From: Psychrobacter sp. DM4
GTDB taxonomy: Bacteria > Pseudomonadota > Gammaproteobacteria > Pseudomonadales > Moraxellaceae
NCBI RefSeq assembly: GCF_051307035.1
Contig: NZ_CP195536.1
Coordinates: 930,001-962,000 of the forward strand
Direction of reading: 5' to 3'
DNA length: 32,000 nucleotides
Numbering within the stretch: the stretch's first letter is position 1; each line of letters begins with the position of its first letter. This document shows positions 27,384 through 32,000 of the stretch, piece after piece. Under the pieces are notes generated by a model. The model was not told where the DNA came from, did not search any database, and saw only the letters and a list, made by a program, of their open reading frames with translations. Position numbers and translations under genes: made by a program.

Positions 27384-28334
27384 TTAAGACTCATCATCTG
27401 TTGCCAATTGCGCCTGTCCTATCCAGTAGCGACTAAATTGATACGCCACTCGTCCAGAACGTCCGCCGCGCTGTGATGCCCAGCGTAGTGCTTCAGCTCT
27501 GATTGGGCCTGGCAAGTTTTCGTTTTGATTACTGTTATCACTGACAGTTTTTTCGCTTTCATCAAATACGGTACTAACAGACATAGTGTTTAGATAATGC
27601 TGAACAATGTGCAAATAGGTGCGTTGATCCATCGGATGAAAGGACAACCACAAGCCAAAACGATCCGCTAGCGATACCGTCTCATCTATAGTCTCGTAAG
27701 GGTTGACCTCATCGGTCTGACCATCATAAATGCTGACATTATCTTTCATCAGCTGCGGCAGTAGATGGCGTCGATTACTAGTAGCATAGACGAGTAGCTT
27801 GTCTTGCTCAGAGTCTAGTGCGCCGTCGAGCACGCTTTTGAGGGTGCGATAGCTCTCATCTTGACCATTGAATGCCAAGTCATCGCAGTAGACCACGTAG
27901 CGGCAGGGGCAATCGACTGGCAGTGCATTGATCGCCGCACGAATCTTATCTAGTACCTTTAGATCGTCACGAGCAATCTCTATGATACGCAGACCCTCGT
28001 TATGGTAGGCTTGTAACAGCGCTCTTATGAGTGATGATTTACCTGCGCCGCGTGTTCCTGTCATTAACACATGATTAGCAGGATAGCCTTTTAGGAATTG
28101 ACGGGTGTTCTGTACCAATTTTGCTTTTTGGGTATCAATACCCTGCAAATCGTTCAGGCTCAAAAAAAGATTGACAGCCAAAGGCTCTAGATGACCTCGC
28201 GCGCTGCCAACCCAGCGATAGGCTAGCTGATCGGGATTGAGCTCAATAGCAGGCGGCAATTGCTCTTGTAAGTACTGAGTGAGCAAGTCTAATAAGGGAT
28301 TAGGTAGGGCATACTGAGCAGTAGATTCAGACAT
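27384..28334 (-). CDS. DUF815-type P-loop (AAA-like) ATPase of unknown function
   Basis: Walker A is LMTGTRGAGKSS and Walker B is YVVYCDDL. The size (316 aa) and the overall pattern (NRRHL, DRFGLWLSFHP) fit my memory of the DUF815 family. Confidence 0.7.
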   Translation of the reverse strand: MSESTAQYALPNPLLDLLTQYLQEQLPPAIELNPDQLAYRWVGSARGHLEPLAVNLFLSLNDLQGIDTQKAKLVQNTRQFLKGYPANHVLMTGTRGAGKSSLIRALLQAYHNEGLRIIEIARDDLKVLDKIRAAINALPVDCPCRYVVYCDDLAFNGQDESYRTLKSVLDGALDSEQDKLLVYATSNRRHLLPQLMKDNVSIYDGQTDEVNPYETIDETVSLADRFGLWLSFHPMDQRTYLHIVQHYLNTMSVSTVFDESEKTVSDNSNQNENLPGPIRAEALRWASQRGGRSGRVAYQFSRYWIGQAQLATDDES

Positions 28335-28411
28335 AGTTTTTCTTATAAAGGGTCGTTAAAATATGGGCGATAGGGGTTTTTATCAGTTAAGTATAAAGGC
28401 TTTATTTTATC

Positions 28412-29374
28412 ATGAAAGATAGTTCCGTGAAGTCTTTAGAACAACAGGCCTTACAAGTACAAGCGGATCAGCTGCTACCTATCGTTACGCGCGAGTTATC
28501 CAAACTCGACTATCAAAAAAGCACTCATCAACGACTCAGCCAGCAGACTAATGATACGGTTATCTACCAAGGTCTAACTCGGGCTCATCATTTGCAATTT
28601 GGATCAGTCATGATTAAATGGCAACTGAGTTTGAGCATGTATCATCATTCCTCTGACCTCTATCACGAGGCTCAAGTCTTGCATACTCTACAGCAACATC
28701 AAAACAATCCTACGGCTATCGCGCCGTCAGTATTAGCCTTTGAAACTTTGCGTCTAACGGTATTAGAGAAACATCATTCATTAACCCTGCTTGTTATGCA
28801 TTATTATGCGCAGGGTAGTTTGGCAAAGTATCTTACTCAGCCTTTAACCGTTGCACAAAAGCATCAGCTTATAGTACAAGTAGCTCAGCTTATTGCTCAT
28901 TTGCATCAAGCTGGCTGGATACACGGCGATATTAAACCGAGTAATTTTTTACTTAGCGACGACCAACTTATCAATACAAATAACCTTACTTTACGACTCA
29001 CCGACTTTGCGTTGGCAAAACCGATTAATCTTAATCGAAGTATATATAAACCTAGTCTAATAGATAGCGCAGGCACGCCCGCATACCTTGCGCCTGAGTG
29101 TTGGCAAGGACAGGGTATAACCATGCAAAGTGATATTTATGCTTTTGGTATTATGCTGTATGAGATATTAGTAGGTAGGCGACCATTTGCCATTGATGCG
29201 CAAAGTGATGAGCCGCTAAGAGACTGGGCGACTCAGCATTGTCAGCAGCCTATTCCGACTTTACCTAGTCAATACAGCCAGTATCAATTGATTGTGGATA
29301 AGGCGATTGAAAAGCGGGTAGAGAAGAGGTATTTGAGTATGGATGAGGTGTTGGGGGAGTTCTGTGAGCTTTAA
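28412..29374 (+). CDS. Eukaryotic-like (Hanks-type) Ser/Thr protein kinase, catalytic domain only
   Basis: The motifs are VMIKW (subdomain II Lys), YHEAQVL (III Glu), HGDIKPSNFLL (catalytic loop), TDFALAK (DFG-like), GTPAYLAPE (APE) and DIYAFGIMLYEILVGRRPF (IX). No canonical GxGxxG loop is present. Confidence 0.85.
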   Translation: MKDSSVKSLEQQALQVQADQLLPIVTRELSKLDYQKSTHQRLSQQTNDTVIYQGLTRAHHLQFGSVMIKWQLSLSMYHHSSDLYHEAQVLHTLQQHQNNPTAIAPSVLAFETLRLTVLEKHHSLTLLVMHYYAQGSLAKYLTQPLTVAQKHQLIVQVAQLIAHLHQAGWIHGDIKPSNFLLSDDQLINTNNLTLRLTDFALAKPINLNRSIYKPSLIDSAGTPAYLAPECWQGQGITMQSDIYAFGIMLYEILVGRRPFAIDAQSDEPLRDWATQHCQQPIPTLPSQYSQYQLIVDKAIEKRVEKRYLSMDEVLGEFCEL

Positions 29375-29420
29375 CATATTTGAGATATACATATTAATTT
29401 GAAAGGTATCTTTCGTAAGG

Positions 29421-31160
29421 ATGAAAAGCATGGAAGAAAAAATTTTAAATTTTGAAGATGTTCATTTGCTATCAATTAAAGCTGATAACCTGTTATTAAG
29501 TAGCGATGATAGAGGGCTTAGAGAGTTTATCGAGCAGATTTTGTCTGTTAATTACATTTTTGAAAATCTATCTGATGAAGCGCAGTTCTGTTTTACGGTA
29601 GGTAACTGCTTACAAGAAATTTATAAATATAGAGAGTTGGATTGGTTCTCTGACAACTTGAGTCAATCCATAATTTTTTACCGAAAAGCCTTGTATGCCT
29701 TACAGAGAATAAAACATTTAACTGATATTGATTTGGTTATAAAGGGTAGTATTGAAACTAACTTAGGTAACAGTCTTAGCTCTCAAGGACGTGTTTTTTG
29801 TTGTATTCCTTTTTGGGATAGTGCATATAGTTGTACTAATAATCCGGTATCTTTAATCTCTAAAGCGAACAATGAGCTATTTATTGCTGGAAATTTATAT
29901 GATCATGGACATGCTGAATATCATCAATACATTGCATATAAGTTTGTATTATTAGGTATCGACACTATCGAGGAACTATATCCCGAGCAAAAAGCCGCCT
30001 ATGCAGAAGGAAGCAATTTCATAAATTTTAAAATATGGTTTGAGAGTAATTATGAATTAGAAAGCTTTAAATATTTCGATGATTTTGAGGAGGTTTTTGA
30101 AACTAAGAAACAGGAAGAGTATCTAGAATGGTGTGGTAATAATAGGCTCTTTATTAACGACTTAAACGATGTTTGTACATCTGAAGTTGTTTATCAAGAT
30201 ATAATGACATTACCTTCAATTTCAGCTGAAATAAACATATCTTTAACTTTAGATGAAGAGCTTGTTTACCATGGCAATTTCGACGAAATCAAGAATGATT
30301 ACTGCTACGCACGTTATCTAACATTTATTGCTCAAAATATGTCGAATGAAGAAGAGCATATATTTAATAAGACATATCCTCATGCTAACGATATATCTCA
30401 CTCTATTACAAACATAAAAGCTAATCACTATAAAAGTGCTTTTAGAACTCTATATTCACTCTTTGATAAAATTGCATATTTTATTAATAGATTTTTTGAT
30501 CTAAACAATATTGCAAAAGATCATAGAATTAGTTTTGATAGCCTTTTTAGACAGTTAAACAATAATAAAGGGTGGAAGCCGAACGACAAGCTCAGAGAAA
30601 GTAATAACTATTTCATTCATGCATTATTCTATATTCTTAAAGACATTAAGGATGTAAAGGGAGTCACCCCTACAAGTCATTGGCTTGATCCCAATACGAA
30701 AAAAATTTCAGAGATTAGAAACTCTATAGAACATCGTTCTTTAAAAATAGTCGATGATTTTGGAGACAAGTTAAACCAATTAGATAAGGTGTCCAAAGTA
30801 TCTGAGCTGGAAAATATAAGAAGTGAAGTAATAGATTTAGAAAATAATATTGAAGTGTTAAGTGCTGAAATCACTGTGATAGGAAAAATAGAGAATAATG
30901 CACTTAAGGAGCTTTTACAGAGCAAAATGCTAAACTTGAAAGATGATCTATTGGTTAAGAAATCAAAAGTTTATGAAAAGAATAAGCTTTCAAGTCATTC
31001 TTTGACTATTACAGAAAGTGACTTCAAAGAAAAGCTCATAACCTTGATGAAGCTTGTTCGTAACTCGATTATGTATATGTCATTGGCTATTCACTTAGAG
31101 GAAAGGAACAAGCTCAAGGATGATAGGCCTGTAATCAGTAGAGAGACACCTTTAAAATAG
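29421..31160 (+). CDS. Large HEPN-motif protein (helical repeats, Rx4H HEPN core and a coiled-coil-like insert), possibly LA2681-like; putative RNase effector
   Basis: EIR433-NSIE-H438-RS (nt 30717-30734) fits the HEPN Rx4-6H signature. The N-terminal region of about 300 aa is TPR-like and helical. The DNA is about one-third G+C. The ATG at 29430 has better SD spacing (AAGGA at 29417-29421) than the ATG at 29421. Confidence 0.6.
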   Translation: MKSMEEKILNFEDVHLLSIKADNLLLSSDDRGLREFIEQILSVNYIFENLSDEAQFCFTVGNCLQEIYKYRELDWFSDNLSQSIIFYRKALYALQRIKHLTDIDLVIKGSIETNLGNSLSSQGRVFCCIPFWDSAYSCTNNPVSLISKANNELFIAGNLYDHGHAEYHQYIAYKFVLLGIDTIEELYPEQKAAYAEGSNFINFKIWFESNYELESFKYFDDFEEVFETKKQEEYLEWCGNNRLFINDLNDVCTSEVVYQDIMTLPSISAEINISLTLDEELVYHGNFDEIKNDYCYARYLTFIAQNMSNEEEHIFNKTYPHANDISHSITNIKANHYKSAFRTLYSLFDKIAYFINRFFDLNNIAKDHRISFDSLFRQLNNNKGWKPNDKLRESNNYFIHALFYILKDIKDVKGVTPTSHWLDPNTKKISEIRNSIEHRSLKIVDDFGDKLNQLDKVSKVSELENIRSEVIDLENNIEVLSAEITVIGKIENNALKELLQSKMLNLKDDLLVKKSKVYEKNKLSSHSLTITESDFKEKLITLMKLVRNSIMYMSLAIHLEERNKLKDDRPVISRETPLK

Positions 31161-31177
31161 CCATAAACATTCAAACA

Positions 31178-31200
31178 CAAAAAAACCTGCTAATAAGCAG
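31178..31200 (-). terminator. Terminator of tRNA-Leu (a weaker terminator for the convergent HEPN gene)
   Basis: The minus strand reads CCTGCT-TATT-AGCAGG followed by TTTTTTT. Confidence 0.7.
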
Positions 31201-31236
31201 GCTTTGATATTTGGTCTAAGAAGTACTATCGAATAA

Positions 31237-31321
31237 TGGTGGGGCTGGAGAGACTCGAACTCTCACACCTTGCGGCGCCAGAACCTAAATCTGGTGCGTC
31301 TACCAATTCCGCCACAGCCCC
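31237..31321 (-). tRNA. tRNA-Leu (anticodon TAG)
   Basis: The reverse complement is GGGGCTGTGGCGGAATTGGTAGACGCACCAGATTTAGGTTCTGGCGCCGCAAGGTGTGAGAGTTCGAGTCTCTCCAGCCCCACCA. It is 85 nt with a long variable arm, and its central part is nearly identical to E. coli tRNA-Leu(UAG). Confidence 0.95.
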
Positions 31322-31409
31322 ATTTTGGTCACTCTATCATTAAAAGCGTTTATATTCAAACGCTATCAAGACGAATAACTGATCCGGTAGTGCGTCTCAG
31401 TGGTTGGCT

Positions 31410-31437
31410 ATTATATAGAGTTTGACTGGTTTGGCAA
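31410..31437 (-). promoter_or_regulatory. Near-consensus sigma70 promoter of tRNA-Leu
   Basis: The minus strand reads TTGCCA-16 nt-TATAAT, about 85-90 nt upstream of the mature tRNA 5' end. Confidence 0.6.
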
Positions 31438-31530
31438 CCCCTTTTGGTGATTATTTTTACTTTTTAGTAGTATTTCATTTTATATGAATAGTATTTAGCT
31501 GCTTTTAGATCGTTTTAGTTAGCGATACTG

Positions 31531-32000
31531 CTAGGACGGTATATCGAGTTGTCGTAATTTGCGAGTCAAAGTATTGCGGCCCCAGCCGAGCAAGTTGGCA
31601 GCCGCTATTTTTTTACCGCCCGTATGCTCAAGCGCTGCGGTTAGTAGGACACGCTCAAACTCAGGCATTGCAGTTTGCAAAATATCAGTCGCGCCTGATT
31701 GCAAAGCTTGCTGCGCCCAATCAGATAAGAGTAGTTGCCATTTATCAGGGTCATAAGAGTCAGACGCCGCCGCTATCGATGAAGGCTGACTGCTTTTTTG
31801 TGCATCGTCGCTAATGGACGTTTGAGCGAGCAGTTCAGGCGGCAAATCTTCACTCATAACGGTATCGCCTACTGTCATAACCGTGAGCCATAGGCAGACA
31901 TTCTCCAACTGACGGACATTACCACGCCACTCAAACCCTTGCATAATACGCATGGTGTCCGTGTGTAGCTGCTTTGGCTCTGTACTCATTTGCTCAGCTG
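31531..32000 (-). CDS. glnG: C-terminal part of a sigma54-dependent response regulator, NtrC (GlnG)-like; the 5' end lies outside the window
   Basis: WRGNVRQLENVCLWLTVM and the Fis-type HTH GGKKIAAANLLGWGRNTLTRKLRQLDI align with E. coli NtrC (WPGNVRQLENTCRWLTVM, GHKQEAARLLGWGRNTLTRKLKELGM). The frame stays open to base 32000. Confidence 0.85.
   Translation of the reverse strand, partial: AEQMSTEPKQLHTDTMRIMQGFEWRGNVRQLENVCLWLTVMTVGDTVMSEDLPPELLAQTSISDDAQKSSQPSSIAAASDSYDPDKWQLLLSDWAQQALQSGATDILQTAMPEFERVLLTAALEHTGGKKIAAANLLGWGRNTLTRKLRQLDIPS

Noticed and set aside
29375-31236. I looked for island boundaries around the HEPN gene: a direct repeat of the tRNA-Leu 3' end (att site), an integrase, or mobility genes
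   Set aside because: I could not find a copy of the tRNA 3' segment (TGGTGGGGCTGGAGAGACTCGAAC or its complement) near 29375-29420 or elsewhere in the window by eye. No integrase or transposase ORF exists. I therefore describe a compositional islet only, not a defined mobile element.
1-32000. CRISPR arrays, IS elements, prophage genes and rRNA genes
   Set aside because: There are no regularly spaced direct repeats with unique spacers, no terminal inverted repeats flanking a transposase-like ORF, and no phage structural or integrase-like proteins in the ORF track.

Overview
The window looks like a chromosomal segment of a moderately AT-rich gammaproteobacterium. Sampled lines give roughly 40-45% G+C. 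The gene content, the tRNA sequences and several protein idiosyncrasies suggest a Moraxellaceae or Psychrobacter-like genome, but that is my inference and I ran no search. Most of the window is ordinary housekeeping DNA. It holds the 3' end of an nlpD-like gene, a lytic transglycosylase, cytochrome b561, DUF4031 and DUF302 proteins, a DsbA-like oxidoreductase, a tandem Usp protein and yqjG. A tRNA-Val/tRNA-Asp pair follows, then cls, a Sel1-repeat protein, waaA, rsmE and a Fur-box-preceded fbpABC-type iron transporter. Next come cmoM, a lipoprotein hydrolase, gyrA, two diverged tandem GST paralogs, a small membrane protein and RNase Z. The right end carries a DUF815 P-loop ATPase, a eukaryotic-like Ser/Thr kinase, tRNA-Leu(TAG) and the 3' end of an ntrC-like gene. 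I saw no CRISPR array, IS element, transposase or integrase. The best candidate for something new is at 28.4-31.2 kb. There, a single strongly AT-rich gene (about one-third G+C) sits exactly between the kinase stop codon and the 3' end of tRNA-Leu. It encodes a 579-aa protein with helical repeats, an Rx4H HEPN ribonuclease motif (R433-NSIE-H438) and a coiled-coil-like insert. I read it as a horizontally acquired HEPN effector of the defence or abortive-infection type. It may be functionally coupled to the upstream kinase, an arrangement that recalls the kinase-HEPN fusions Ire1 and RNase L. Secondary observations include an unusually long structured leader behind a consensus promoter upstream of tRNA-Val-Asp. 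The GST paralogs share a duplicated terminator module and are separated by a 550-bp ORF-free spacer. RNase Z contains an in-frame 15-bp tandem repeat, and GyrA has a very long acidic tail. All coordinates, motifs and identities were derived by eye from the sequence and the ORF track.
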